Shown here piece by piece: positions 52,001 through 63,621 of a stretch of 64,000 bases of DNA. The notes under the pieces were generated by a model that had not been told where the DNA came from, ran no database searches, and worked only from the letters and a program-made list of their open reading frames with translations. Source of the stretch: Lytechinus pictus (lineage: Eukaryota). Position numbers and translations under genes: made by a program. Every line of letters starts with the position of its first letter. Positions within the stretch are counted from its first letter, which is position 1. The DNA is taken from assembly GCF_037042905.1 (NCBI RefSeq), contig NC_087252.1:19470001-19534000 (forward strand), read 5' to 3'.

Positions 52001-55000
52001 CTCTCTCACTTTCTCACACACTCTCTTTCTCACTTGCTCCTTTCTTTTACAATATCACACTCCTTTTCCCATACTCTCTCACTTTCTCACACACTCTCTT
52101 TCTCACTTGCTCCTTTCTTTTACAATATCACACTCCTTTTCCCATACTCTCTCACTTTCTCACACACTCTCTTTCTCACTTGCTCCTTTCTTTTACAATA
52201 TCACACTCCTTTTCCCATACTCTCTCACTTTCTCACACACTCTCTTTCTCTCTCTGGCTTATTCCCTCTCTTTCACCCTTTCTCCTCTCTTTGTCTGATT
52301 CCATTTTCTAGGTAACATTGACATTCAAGTTGGGGTTTGGACAGATTTCAGTGAAGGTTTTGTAAGAGAGAGAACTCTTGATGATCGTGATACTCCAGCA
52401 AGCGAATTCTACGATTTCACCCACTATGTCTTTGAAAGTCCAGAAGGATCTACCCTCTTTATGGAGATACAGGTAAATCTTTGTGCATTACATACCATAC
52501 AGAAAAAGGGAAACCTGTCTTTAAAGATGGCCTTTAGATTTCGGAACAAGTTTTACTGAATTGTTAACGAAGCGAAGTTGGCTCAGTCAGTAAAGCGTCT
52601 GCCTGTCAAAATTAAAGTTAGTGGGTTCGAGTCCACCCCGGGCAGATGACTGAAGCCAGTGCGTTGTGTGTAAACATCTCTCCCCTGTTGCATAAATGCA
52701 GGCTATGTTACAGTGATCCCTCGGATAGGACGTTTAATGGAGGCCCCGTGTAGAGGAGTGTCACCACCTTCGCACGTTAAGAATCCACTGCACTATTCGT
52801 AAATGAGTAGGGGGAAACCCCGATGTAGTGGTCCACCTGCTCTACAATCAGTTATATTGAGAGGAGAGACCTGCGGGTCACAGTGATTCAAATCCCTTTT
52901 CGCCTCCCAGGCACAGGCGACGCCAAATAAATAACAATCATAATAATAATGGATGACTGATGATGATAAAGACTAATGTCAGAAATGGTTTGCATGGAAT
53001 CTCGCATCTGAATTTAAACCACCCTTATTATAAGAGATAAGTTTTTTTTATATCTTGCAAGGAGCACAGTGAATGATGATTAAGACTAGTAATCATGGAA
53101 ACGTAATTCATCTCATATATGATTCTGATTCTTTCATCTTTCTATTATTCTTCTGCATATTATATTACAGAATTTGACAATGAATCTGACTGGACCTCTC
53201 TTGGACCTTGTGCGTGTATCTGTTGGATATGGGACGGACCCAATAGATAATTTATTTTCCTTGGCGTATGCAGATGGAAATGGATATTTGGAAAGCTATA
53301 CCTCTAGCACAAACTTTACCCTATTTTTCAATACGGGGTATCTTCTCATTGCCATGCCAAAGTCTGTTGCTGGTATCTTCAATATGACTTTCAGGGTGTC
53401 AGCTGTTGGTAAGGAGTGAATGATTTGTAATATATATGGCGCACATACCTAATCATAATGTAACTATATAGGCATATGGCCAAATCCACATCAAGTCGCT
53501 TCATCGAAATTAATTTTGAGTTAAATATGTAGACAGTATGTGTCCGATTAAACCGGAAAAATCGTCTTTTGGGTTTCTTTCGAATAGTTTTTCATTCTTA
53601 TTGGTCTGCTTGATAGATTGCGTGTTAGATTTAGTTGTTAGAGGACAAGTTTATCCCAACAAAAAGTTGATTTGAATAAGAAAAGAAAAATCCAACAAGC
53701 ATAACACTGAAAATTTCATCAAAATCGGATGTAAAATAAGTAAGTTATGACATTTTAAAGTTTTGCTTAATTTCACAAAACAGTTATATGCACATCCTGG
53801 TCGGTATGCAAATGAGGAGACTAATGATGTCATCCACTCACTATATCTTATGTATTTTATTATATGATATATGAAATATTCTAATTATCTCCTCATTTTC
53901 AAGTGAAACAATTATTAATTCATCCCCTGAACATGTTGAACTGGCAATGTTTAATACTATATAGCTCAGTCAAGTTGGCCCTTATTGTCAAACCTGTAAA
54001 AATGAAATATTGAATAATTCAAACAGTAAAAAACAAAAGAAATAGTGAATGGGGGACTTTATCGACTGTCTCATTTGCATGTCACTGAGTTGTGCATTTC
54101 ACTGTTTTGTGAAAAATAAGCGAAACTTTAAATTGTCTTTACTTTCTTATTTTACATCCGATTTTGATGAAATTTTCAGCGTTATCCTGGTTGGATTTTT
54201 TTCTTGTTATTCAAATCAACTTTTTGTTGGGGTGGACTTGTCCTATAAATGCTCTGTTATAATTTCCATTAAAATAGACATTGAGAAAAAATGGAAAACA
54301 GAGAAATACATAAGCAATTTGTCATGCTGTAAAGAATGTGCATGAGAAATGCTGGGGCAATCACGCAAACAGTGGCTGAGATCAGAAGGGAGGCCATCTT
54401 TGCCCCCCTCCCCACGCCCATTCCTCACTACATCTCAAATAGCCCAGTCCTTTTGTATGTATGTATTATCATACTGCAGGATCCAAATGTTGTATTCTGG
54501 GTATAAAAACTGGTACTGTGAGTTGTTTGCTGCTCCAGCTAATGCTATTTAATGTCATTTTAATCCATTGGGGTAAGCTAATATGCTTTTCTGAGAATTC
54601 AGCTATTGTTCTGAGAGAATACTGCCTTTTCAAAAAGAAAGGTCTCAAAAGTTCACAAGAAAGTTTTTTTTTCTCCTTCAGAATGTGAGAGTCCTGAATC
54701 CCCATGTTATCTCTCTCTGCATTGCCTGGACTCGGAAAGGGATTATTGCGATGGAGAGGTCCAGTGTCTTGATAGTGGAGAGGATGAATATGAATGTGAA
54801 GGTAAGAATACTTGGATGGAGGAGAAAAAAAAGGATGGATGGTAAATGTTGTGATGGTGAAGTTCAGTGTCTTGATAGTGGAGAGGATGAATTTGAAGGT
54901 AAGAATACTTGGACGGAAGAGAAAGGAAAGGATGGATAGATGAATTGATGTTCAAAAATTCAAGGATGGAGAAGAAAGAATAGGATTGATAAATGTAATT

Positions 55001-58000
55001 AAGAAGTTCATTGGGTTAATGGTGAAAAAGTTAATATGGGTTTGAAGGTAAGAATATACTAGTATGGAGGAGAAAGAGAAGGATAGATGTAACGAAGATG
55101 AGTGAATGGTAGGCCAATGTTGGATAGTGAATGGTAGGCCAATGGTGGATAGTGAATGGTAGGCCAATGTTGGATAGTGAATGGTAGGCCAATGGTGGAT
55201 AGTGAATGGTAGGCCAATGGTGGATGAGTGAATGGTAGGCTAATGTTGGATAGTGAATGGTTGGCCAATGGTGGATAGTGAATGGTAGGCCAATGGTGGG
55301 TGAGTGAATGGTAGGCTAATGTTGGATAGTGAATGGTAGGCCAATGTTGGATAGTGAATGGTAGGCCAATGGTGGATAGTGAATGGTAGGCCAATGGTGG
55401 CTGAGTGAATGGTAGGCCAATGTTGGATAGTGAATGGTAGGCCAATGGTGGATAGTGAATGGTAGGCCAATGGTGGGTGAGTGAATGGTAGGCTAATGTT
55501 GGATAGTGAATGGTAGGCCAATGTTGGATAGTGAATGGTAGGCCAATGTTGGATAGTGAATGGTAGGCCAATGGTGGGTGAGTGAATGGTAGGCCAATGG
55601 TGGATAGTGAATGGTAGGCCAATGGTGGATAGTGAATGGTAGGCCAATGGTGGATGAGTGAATGGTAGGCCAATGGTGGATAGTGAATGGTAGGCCAATG
55701 GTGGATAGTGAATGGTAGGCCAATGGTGGGTGAGTGAATGGTAGGCCAATGGTGGATGAGTGAATGGTAGGCCAATGGTGGATAGTGAATGGTAGGCCAA
55801 TGGTGGGTGAGTGAATGGTAGGCTAATGTTGGATAGTGAATGGTAGGCCAATGTTGGATAGTGAATGGTGGGCCAATGTTGGATAGTGAATGGTAGGCTA
55901 ATGTTGGATAGTGAATGGTAGGCCAATGGTGGATAGTGAATGGTAGGCCAATGGTGGATGAGTGAATGGTAGGCCAATGGTGGATAGTGAATGGTAGGCC
56001 AATGGTGGATAGTGAATGGTAGGCCAATGGTGGATGAGTGAATGGTAGGCCAATGGTGGATAGTGAATGGTAGGCCAATGGTGGATAGTGAATGGTAGGC
56101 CAATGGTGGATAGTGAATGGTAGGCCAATGGTGGATGAGTGAATGGTAGGCCAATGGTGGGTGAGTGAATGGTAGGCTAATGGTGGATAGTGATTGGTAG
56201 GCCAATGTTGGATAGTGAATGGTAGGCCAAATCAAAATTTGATCCTACAGTCTTAGAGATTATGCCATGGGTAATGCACGTGCCAATTTTCATCGCGATC
56301 GCACGGTCGACGGCCGAGATCATAGGGGGGGGGGGCTGAATCAGCCCCCCCCCCCCCAGTCTTCTTAGGCATCAAAATAGCCCAGTCTATTTAGGGTTAA
56401 AGGCTAAATTTGATGGTGAACAAACAAAAGAAAAAAATAATAATAATAAAGAAAATTGTTACCCTACCTTTCAATCATGATTTATTGCCAAATAAGTCAT
56501 GGAGCGTTGTGGCCCAGTGGATTGGTCTTCTGACTTTGAAACAGAGGGTCGTGGGTTCGAATCCCAGCCATGGTGTAATTTCCTTCAGCAAGGAATTTAT
56601 CCACATTGTGCTGCACTCAACCCATGCAGGTGAGATGAATTGGCACCTGGCAGGAATTCATTCCTTGAAATGCCACTGGTCTGTAAAAAGGCTGCGGGGC
56701 TAAAGACAGGGTAATAATATCCAAGCCCTTTGGAAGCGCATAGGGACGTTATGACATAATGTGATATGCGCTATACAAGAACTGCGTTATTATTATTTAA
56801 TAAAAACAAGGAATGGAATATGCATGTAGCAAGTTTTGAAATATGATGGCCATCACTCGCTTTATTATTTTGAATACTTTCAATTCAATTACTTGAATGG
56901 TTGAAAAAAAACCTTTGTTGTATCCTGTAGAGTATACAATTTTTCTTGTTTTTTCCATCAACAGGTTGCCCAGATGGCCTGTACCCATGCCTCGTTGATG
57001 AGTCTATTTGTTACAATGATACTGCCGATGTGTGCGATGGAAACTACGATTGCCCAACTGGTATTGATGAATACAACTGCACAGGTAAGATTCTTCCTAT
57101 ATTTCTAGTTCCATTTATTTCATCACCTCGCCTTTTGTACATGTAGGAGCTGTTGTCATGAAGCAGTTTGTTAAGTCATGTCATAATAAACGGCTGGACT
57201 GTGTTCTTGAATGTTGAAGTTAAAGGAGAATAAAACCTTTAGAAAAAGATAGCTTGTGTGAAAACAGAAAAATCAAAGAAACAGATCGACGAAAGTTTGA
57301 GAAAAACCAGACAAATAATGAGAAAGTTATGAGCATTTGAATATTGCAATCATTCATGCTATGGAGATCCTCCTATTGGCAATGCGACAAAGATGTGTGA
57401 TGTCACTTGTGAACAACTCTCCCCATTACTTTAGTTTATATTTCACTGAAACTGCCTCTTATCACATCTATCAGTACATCATGTGTTCTTTCTATAGGAG
57501 AGCAAGTAATACAGGTTTTTAAAGAATACATCATGGATGAAGAGTTTGTATCACAATAAGAAAAAGCAAAAAGATACATTTTGGGGGTATTTTATAGTCG
57601 ATCAAAGGGAAATTTGTTCACATGTGACATCACACATCCTTGTCGCATTGCCAATGGATCTCCATAGAATTAGTGATTGCAATTTTCAAATGCTCATAAC
57701 TCTCATTATTTGTCCAATTTTTCTCAAACTTTCTTTCTTCTTATTCTTTGATTTTTCTGTTTTGACACAAGCCAACTTGTTCCAAAGGTTTCATTTCCCT
57801 TTAATGTTGTCATGTACTCAATTAAATTTTGTGTATGCATGTATTTTATACATGTACATTTTTAAGGACCCCATGGAAGAACAGTGGTATTTTATTAATA
57901 CCGCTGAAATGGGCCATCCTCCATATGATCTGTACGAAATGTTAAATTGAGCATGTATATATTTCATTTTTTTATATGGAAATAAATACAAACAATACAA

Positions 58001-61000
58001 ACTAAAAAAAATTATATTTATTCATTGAAATATCTGCTGATATACAGCAATTGAAGATTTTTCTTCTTTATAGTTATAGAAAAATGAGTCAGACTTGCAA
58101 TAACTAAATCACACTTTGACAAATCAATTTCGAATTTGGTACCTGTACATGCATATTAGGAGAGAGTGACAATGATCTGCTTCCATCCAATCCTTTGTAC
58201 TGTATGTCCAAATAAATGTTATGTGCCAACTTATTCTTGCCAAGTAATAGGCCCTTTTCCTGGCATTCCTGATTATAAGTTTATGCTCTAATATCTATGT
58301 TATATTTGTGATTTTCAGTGTACACTTCATCATTTTATAAAGTTATTCAATTCATTTATTTCATAATCTAAAAAAAAAAAAAAAAACATCAAATACAATC
58401 AAAATTCACAAAACAAGTAATATACACAATAGAATGAACCTATAAGGGGATTAGCAAAGGCCATGCAAGGGCCTATCATGGATTAGTTCCCAAATAGATA
58501 TCAATAGAATTATTGAGTTGTTAGTTTTAACAAAACAAGCAAAACAAATCAAACGTATCATTCATTATTTTATTTGGAAGTATAAGTCATCAATAGAGAG
58601 TGTTTTAAGGTGTTTTATAGAAAAGGTAGAATTTGTAATTTTATGTTTGAAAGACAAAATAGTGGGCATATTTTTAATATTTTTGGGTTTGTCATTCCAA
58701 CAGAGGATGTATGAGAAAATCATATTTGTATAATGGCAAGTGTAAGTGCCACCTTGTGCTTGGATCATAAACATGGAAATAACTATTAAGCCTAAAAGAT
58801 TAATTGAAATTCGAAGGCAAGATTTTTTTTTTTTTAATACAAGAACATTAATACATGTATAGCAACCTATCGTTCATGCAATTCAGTGATATTAATGATC
58901 TTTAGATCTTTACAAGGATTTTTGGTGAATTGGAACAACTTTAGCTGTATTTAGTCTATTTTGGAATATTTATCCTTCTAAAGACCTCATGACGAAAACC
59001 TCCATTTGAGAACACTATACCCCAGTTTCCCTCAATCAATTCTCTTCTCCTTGTACGACAAACCCTGCTGCCCCAAGCTAGCAATATAAGTATCAAAACA
59101 CCTGTTTTTTACCTCGGTCAGAAGATAACACAACAGCCTGAGCGCGGTCCTTGCAAAGCATGCCGCCATTTTTATTCACTTACTTTCCTTATTTCGAGGT
59201 CGATTTTCCTCCTTCGAAATTGAAAATGGACTGACATTGAATTTCTGAATACAATATGCCTTTGAAAACGTGATTAAATATCGAATACGATAATTTCATT
59301 CCGAAGGTCCTACTACAGGCACAGAAGTCTTACGTAATAGCACAGCTGTTGTTTATCATTTCGTCCTTGGCTCAACGCTCATAATCTGGCCTGTGGAGGT
59401 GAAATTGAAACAGCGGGGATTACCTGGCCAAGCGGGGTTGATCAGGCGGGTGTTTCATAAAGCTGTTCGTAAGTTAAGAGCGACTGGTGATCCTGTCTTG
59501 CGGTAAATGGTACACACCATTGGCGATGATCACCAGTCGTTCTTAAAGTCGCTCTTAACTTACGAACAGCTTTATGAAACAGCCGCCTGGGCTTGGAAAT
59601 GATTTTTGAGATTTACAAACGCAAATTGGGGTAAAATGCCGCAGTTTGCTATCTGAACTGCGGTCTTTCTTCAAACGGGGGTTTGACGTAATGTGTTAAA
59701 AATGGGGCATAGAGGCTTTATGTTTTCATAACCTTACTACATCTAGATCTATGATGGTTTCATAACAATTAATCTTTATTTTTAAGACTTTCTCATATTA
59801 TTGCTTCCGCAACTACTAGAGTTTATCTTGAATATTTTATTTTTGTGTCTTTCCTTAGGATGTTTTGCATGTCCTGGTTTGTCATCATGTTTATTTGACC
59901 TTCAAGTTTGTAACTACTATAGCGATTGTCCTGATGGAGAAGATGAGACGGAAGATCTCTGCAAACACTCTGAATATATCAGTAGGTTTTTGTAGTAATT
60001 GTAATTGACTCTGCATATATGTTATGTATGTTGGGAAAGAAAAATAAATGAAGAGAACAATGGTAGGCATAGCTTAATTCAAGGTTCCCCAGAGCTACTT
60101 ACCCTTTGGAAACCTTGAGGCCGGATAAATGTCTCTGCCAGGAATTGAACCCTGCCCCTAGCGTAGAATGCAGATGCCTCAACCACTAGACCACAGAGAC
60201 CGGTAAGTGGCTAGAGCGAACCCATTTCGATTGACTGTCAAATAAACAGATTTTCAACTCCACTATCCTTTGTCGGGTGTAGATGAATTTGAACAATGAC
60301 AAGCTGCCATGCCTCAGAACTCATCTACACCAGACAAAGGAAATTTAACTGGTGGGGTTGATATTCTGTTTCTCTGGCTGTCAAATGGATGTTATCAGCT
60401 TTCAAGAGACATGGGAATTAAATTCATTACTTTCATTTATCATTAAAATTATACACCACCGGTATGACAAAAGTGATTGAGTTTAATCAGTAAAAGGAGA
60501 AATAATGACACATTTATGAATTTTTGCTAAAAACACTATTTGTGTACAAATTCATGTTTTTAAGTAAATTCAGGTTTGAATGCACTTAAGAAATGTATAA
60601 TTTTCAGCTCCCCCACCACATTTTCCATTATAACCAGGTGATTGTTTTTTGTTTTGGATTATCTTCATTTTTATTTTTACTTTTCTCACTTTAATCTCTC
60701 CTTCCACTTGGCTCTTTTTCTTATTTTCCTTTCTTCTCACTTGGCTGTTCTCTGCTTCTTTTTCTCTGTTTCATTGTATTTCTTTATCTTATTCCATTCC
60801 CAACAATTTCTCACTATTTTTCTCTCACACTCTCATTTCTTTTCTTATTTCTCTCTTTCCCACACTCTCACTTTCTCACACACTCTCTTTGTTTCTCTTG
60901 TCCTCTCTCTGCCTTATTTCCTCCCTTTCTCCTCTCTTTGTTTAATTCCATTCCCTAGGTAACATTGACATCCAAGTTGGTGTTTGGACAGATTTCAGTG

Positions 61001-63142
61001 AAGGGTTTGTAAGAGAGAGAACTCTTGATGATCGTGATACTCCAGCAAGCGAATTTTATGATTTCACCCACTATGTCTTTGAAAGTCCTGAAGGATCTAC
61101 CCTGTTTATGGAGATACAGGTAAATCTTAATACATTACATACCATACAGTAAAAGGGAAAGCCGTCTTTAAAGATAGTCTTATAACAATCATGAAAATGT
61201 TGTTACTGTAAATTTGGCTATTGTAGTAGGATCGAAATTTCTTCTTTGATTTGAGAACAAGTTCTTAATGCATGACAGATGACAATGAATACTTTCATGT
61301 CAGAATCTTCTGTCTAAATTTGAACCACCCTAATTATAAGAGATTATTTTTTTTTAAATCTAACAAAGAGCACAGTGAATGATGATTAAGACTAGTAATC
61401 GTGGAAACATAATCTATCTTATATACGATTCCTAGTGTTTCAACTTTGCCTATTCTCCTGCAATATTACAGAATTTGACAATGAACCTGACTGGATCTCT
61501 CTTGGGCCTTGTGGATGTATCAATTGGAGCTGGGACAGACCCAGCAGATCGTTCATTTTCCTTGGCATATGCAGATGGAAATGGATATTTGGAAAGCTAC
61601 ACCTCTAGCACAAACTTTACCCTTTTTTTAAATACGGGGTATCTTCTTATTGCCATGCCAAAATCTGTTGCTGGTATCTTCAATTTTACTTTCAGGGTCT
61701 CAGCTATTGGTAAGGAGTGAATGATTTGTTATATACATGGCGCACATACCTAATCATAAATTGACTATATAGGCATATGGCCGAATATGCATGAATGGAT
61801 ATGATTGACAATCTAACACTGATTCTAGGGAAGGTGACTACTGAACTTCCTTTTTCCGAATTGGGAAGATATATCACCACTTTGGAACTGTTTTTTTTTA
61901 CTGGCGGAAGAATTAGCGCCATTTTACTGTCTCAAGTGATGAATTTGATCCGGTCAGGTGTAGTCTTCATAAATGCCGATTTATTTTTAACATGAGCCGG
62001 TCAAGGTACCCTTTTCTGGTCAGATATGGAATGTCAGACATACATCCTATCCACTGGTAGTAAACATTCAACCCTCGAATTTCTTCCTTATTTTGTATGA
62101 ATTTTTTTAAAGTGCCACATTCACACACGAGTCTACGGGAAATGCTTTAGACCTGTGATACCCCAAGATCAGAAGGGGGGCCATCATTGCCCCACTTCCC
62201 ATCCCCATTCCTCAGTACATCTCAAATAGCCCAGTCCTTTTGTATGAACATGTATGTATTATCAGACTGCAGGATCCAAATATTGTATTCTTGGTAGAAA
62301 AACTGGGACTGTGAGTTTTTTTTTTGTGCTCTAGCTAATGTTATATCCCTTACTTAAGATTGTTGTATTGAGAGTGTACACAAGGAGAAAAAGAATAGTT
62401 TTACTACGAAAAACGTTTGCCATGAAATAGTTCATTTTCCTTGCTGATGTCACGCATAGTCCATTTTTCCCTAGGGAAAAAGTGAACTATACGTTTTTTT
62501 TTACCCCCCTACCTCGCGATTCGCGAGCTGTGCGGCGCGATGCGAGCAGAGCACTGCTCAGCCAAACGGTGCTCTCCACTGCATGCCACGGGAAACTTTC
62601 AGCGAGCTGCACTAACCAGGTGCGCTCGCTGAATTGACGATCCATAAGGCAAGACTTATTATTTTCTCAACTTCTCAACGATTGTTCTATATCGACTTAT
62701 TAAAAATCGTTTCGCTGTAAAACGGTATGAGTGGAAGGGATATAAAACAAATATACAATGACCCATTCTCGGAACAGGCTAAAACTATTCGCACTCAGGA
62801 ACATCAGATAGTACTATATGTGATGTTCCTTCGATGCGAATAGTTTTATCCAGATCCTCGAGTGTCATTGTATATTTGTATACTGTTTAATGTTATTGTA
62901 CTCCATTAGGGTAGGTTAATCTGCTATTCTGAGAATTCAGCTATATAATCGTGCTGAGGGAATTCTTCTGAAAAAGAAAGGTCTCAAAAACTCACAAGAA
63001 AGGTTTTTTTTCTCTCTTTCAGAATGTGAAAGTCCTGAATCCCCATGTTATCTCTCTCTGCATTGCCTGGACATGGAAAAGGATAATTGCGATGGAGAGG
63101 TTCAGTGTCTTGATAGTGGAGAGGATGAATATGAATGTGAAG
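26403..63142 (+). CDS. Partial multi-exon host gene: tandem [CUB-like + 3x LDLa] modules, extracellular protein or receptor; both ends outside window
   Basis: 22 GT-AG exons join in frame. LDLa exons are all phase 1-1 with 6 Cys and an acidic D-x-x-D-E tail. The CUB-like domains carry many N-glycosylation sequons. Confidence 0.85.
26662..27040 (+). mobile_element. tRNA-derived SINE
   Basis: A box tggctcagtcag, B box ggttcgagtcc, (aat)n tail. A copy lies at ~52571; it is absent from the module-5 paralogous intron. Confidence 0.8.
27262..27499 (+). CDS. CUB-like domain exon B, module 1
   Basis: ttacag|AAT...GTTG|gtaagg; [24 protein letters not shown]...[10 protein letters not shown]. Confidence 0.85.
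27733..28335. mobile_element. Kolobok-type MITE
   Basis: AGGACAAG...CTTGTCCT termini with degenerate TTAA flanks. Same family as 14809. Confidence 0.8.
28774..28893 (+). CDS. LDLa exon
   Basis: [44 protein letters not shown], phase 1-1. Confidence 0.9.
29191..30460 (+). repeat. 25/26-bp satellite (gtgaatggtaggccaatggtggata)n
   Basis: Direct reading. Other arrays at 55098-56230 and 63622-64000. Confidence 0.95.
31137..31256 (+). CDS. LDLa exon
   Basis: [40 protein letters not shown]. Confidence 0.9.
31611..32112. mobile_element. Tc1/mariner-type MITE related to 10841-11437
   Basis: ta-tagtgtgcgtcccagaaaaaagga...tcctttttggtggggcgcactg-ta. Confidence 0.7.
32198..32320 (+). CDS. LDLa exon (CxxC-start type)
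   Basis: [41 protein letters not shown]. Confidence 0.9.
34166..34326 (+). CDS. CUB-like exon A, module 2
   Basis: [53 protein letters not shown]; 161 nt like its paralogues. Confidence 0.85.
34639..35279. mobile_element. piggyBac-type MITE, TTAA TSD
   Basis: ttaa|CCCTATCTAGGCC...GGCCTAGATAGGG|ttaa. Confidence 0.85.
36171..36408 (+). CDS. CUB-like exon B, module 2
   Basis: [24 protein letters not shown]...[10 protein letters not shown]; 238 nt. Confidence 0.85.
36457..36665. mobile_element. Short palindromic MITE (PIF/Harbinger-like)
   Basis: gggggtgtttcacaaagatttaa...ttaaatctttgtgaaacatcccc. Confidence 0.7.
37043..37162 (+). CDS. LDLa exon
   Basis: [40 protein letters not shown]. Confidence 0.9.
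37419..37650 (+). mobile_element. Degenerate tRNA-derived SINE
   Basis: A box tggctcagttggtagagc with a degenerate B box (gatttcaagccc). Confidence 0.55.
37699..37812 (+). CDS. LDLa exon
   Basis: [38 protein letters not shown]. Confidence 0.9.
37886..38600 (+). repeat. 18-bp intronic minisatellite (tactaatacttgttctta)n
   Basis: Direct reading. It produces the spurious (YTNTCS)n and (LILILV)n ORFs. Confidence 0.95.
39240..40313. mobile_element. Non-autonomous DNA transposon with 4-bp TSD, containing a nested MITE at ~39627-39922
   Basis: tatg|CAGTCAGACCGCAGGTCCC...GGGACCTGCAGTCTGACTG|tatg; the inner TIR is tttaatcgggtcaagatcacacttttc / gaaaagtgtgatcttgacccgattaaa. Confidence 0.75.
40856..40978 (+). 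CDS. LDLa exon (CxxC-start type)
   Basis: [41 protein letters not shown]. Confidence 0.9.
41305..41569. mobile_element. Palindromic MITE (PIF/Harbinger-like)
   Basis: gggccccgtcttacaaagagtt...aactttttgtaagacggggccc. Confidence 0.75.
42068..42445 (+). CDS. CUB-like domain in a single exon, module 3
   Basis: caatag|AT...GTCG|gtaaga; 378 nt; ...[33 protein letters not shown]...VGSGINP...[22 protein letters not shown], homologous to exons A+B joined. Confidence 0.85.
43139..43258 (+). CDS. LDLa exon
   Basis: [40 protein letters not shown] (canonical LDLa). Confidence 0.92.
44419..44538 (+). CDS. LDLa exon
   Basis: [40 protein letters not shown]. Confidence 0.9.
45137..45259 (+). CDS. LDLa exon (CxxC-start type)
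   Basis: [41 protein letters not shown]; an alternative in-frame acceptor lies 6 nt upstream (45131). Confidence 0.9.
45406..45971. mobile_element. Kolobok-type MITE, TTAA TSD
   Basis: ttaa|AGGGG...TTCCT|ttaa with internal inverted segments (gtgggctgatgat / atcatcagcccac). Confidence 0.75.
46445..49122. mobile_element. Second copy of the hAT-type element, duplicated with its flanks
   Basis: Same TIRs and same ATTGTTCA TSD as 22553-24894. Confidence 0.9.
48431..48741. mobile_element. PIF/Harbinger-type MITE nested in the hAT copy, 3-bp TSD AAT
   Basis: aat|GGCCCGTATTCTGAAGTC...GACTTCAGAATACGGGCC|aat; the empty site gatacaatggcatg is at ~24509-24522. Confidence 0.9.
49248..52250 (+). repeat. 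73-bp minisatellite (~41 copies)
   Basis: Same unit as 25020-26340. Confidence 0.95.
52312..52472 (+). CDS. CUB-like exon A, module 4
   Basis: Near-identical to 26403-26563. Confidence 0.85.
52571..52950 (+). mobile_element. tRNA-derived SINE (duplicate of 26662)
   Basis: Same A/B boxes and tail. Confidence 0.8.
53171..53408 (+). CDS. CUB-like exon B, module 4
   Basis: Near-identical to 27262-27499 (S->Y in VGSG). Confidence 0.85.
53642..54244. mobile_element. Kolobok-type MITE (duplicate of 27733)
   Basis: Same termini and flanks. Confidence 0.8.
54682..54801 (+). CDS. LDLa exon
   Basis: Same peptide as 28774-28893. Confidence 0.9.
55098..56230 (+). repeat. 25/26-bp satellite
   Basis: Same unit as 29191-30460. 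Confidence 0.95.
56231..56396. mobile_element. Right end of a piggyBac-type MITE
   Basis: ...ggccgagatc-(g)n-ctgaatcag-(c)n...tttAGGG|ttaa, resembling the end of 34639-35279. The left end is missing. Confidence 0.65.
56501..56797 (+). mobile_element. tRNA-derived SINE
   Basis: ggagcgttgtggcccagtgg (A box)...gggttcgaatccc (B box), followed by a body and a (tta)n tail. Confidence 0.85.
56965..57084 (+). CDS. LDLa exon
   Basis: [40 protein letters not shown]. Confidence 0.9.
57224..57800. mobile_element. Kolobok-type MITE, TTAA TSD
   Basis: ttaa|AGGAGAATAAAACCTTT...AAAGGTTTCATTTCCCT|ttaa with long inverted arms. Confidence 0.85.
59445..59588. mobile_element. Short palindromic MITE; related copy at ~35783-35960
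   Basis: ggcgggtgtttcataaagctgttcgtaagttaagagcgact...agtcgctcttaacttacgaacagctttatgaaacagccgcc. Confidence 0.75.
59859..59981 (+). CDS. LDLa exon (CxxC-start type)
   Basis: [41 protein letters not shown]. Confidence 0.9.
60959..61119 (+). CDS. CUB-like exon A, module 5
   Basis: Same peptide as module 1 and 4 exon A, with synonymous changes. Confidence 0.85.
61472..61709 (+). CDS. CUB-like exon B, module 5
   Basis: [24 protein letters not shown]...[10 protein letters not shown]; 238 nt. Confidence 0.85.
63023..63142 (+). CDS. LDLa exon
   Basis: [40 protein letters not shown]. Confidence 0.9.
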
Positions 63143-63621
63143 GTAAGAATACTTGGATGGAGAAGAAAAAAAAAGGATGGATGGTAAATGTTGTGATGGT
63201 GAAGTTCAGAGGATGAATGTGAAGGTGAGAATACTAGGATGGAGGAGAAAGAGAAGGATAGATGATAAATGTGATGGTGAAGTTCAGTGTTTTGATAGTG
63301 GAGAGGATGAATACGGATGTGAAGGTAAGACTACTTGGATGGAGGAGAAAGAGAAGGATAGATGATAAATGCGATTAAGAAGGTCAGTGTCTTGATAGTG
63401 GAGAGGATGAATATGAATTTGAAGGTAAGAATACTGGGACGGAAGAGAAAGGAAAGGATGGATAGATGAATTGATGTTCAAGAATTCAAGGATGGAGGAG
63501 AAAGAATAGGATTGATAAATGTAATTAAGATGTTCATTGGGTTAATGGTGAAAAGTTAATATGGGTTTCAAGTTAAGAATATACTAGTATGGAGGAGAAA
63601 GAGAAGGATAGATGTAACAAA

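Noticed and set aside
56501..56572. tRNA gene candidates (also 26662, 37419, 52571 and minus strand ~60136-60200)
   Set aside because: A/B boxes are present but the acceptor stems are poor, and most continue into SINE bodies and simple-repeat tails, so these are SINE heads.
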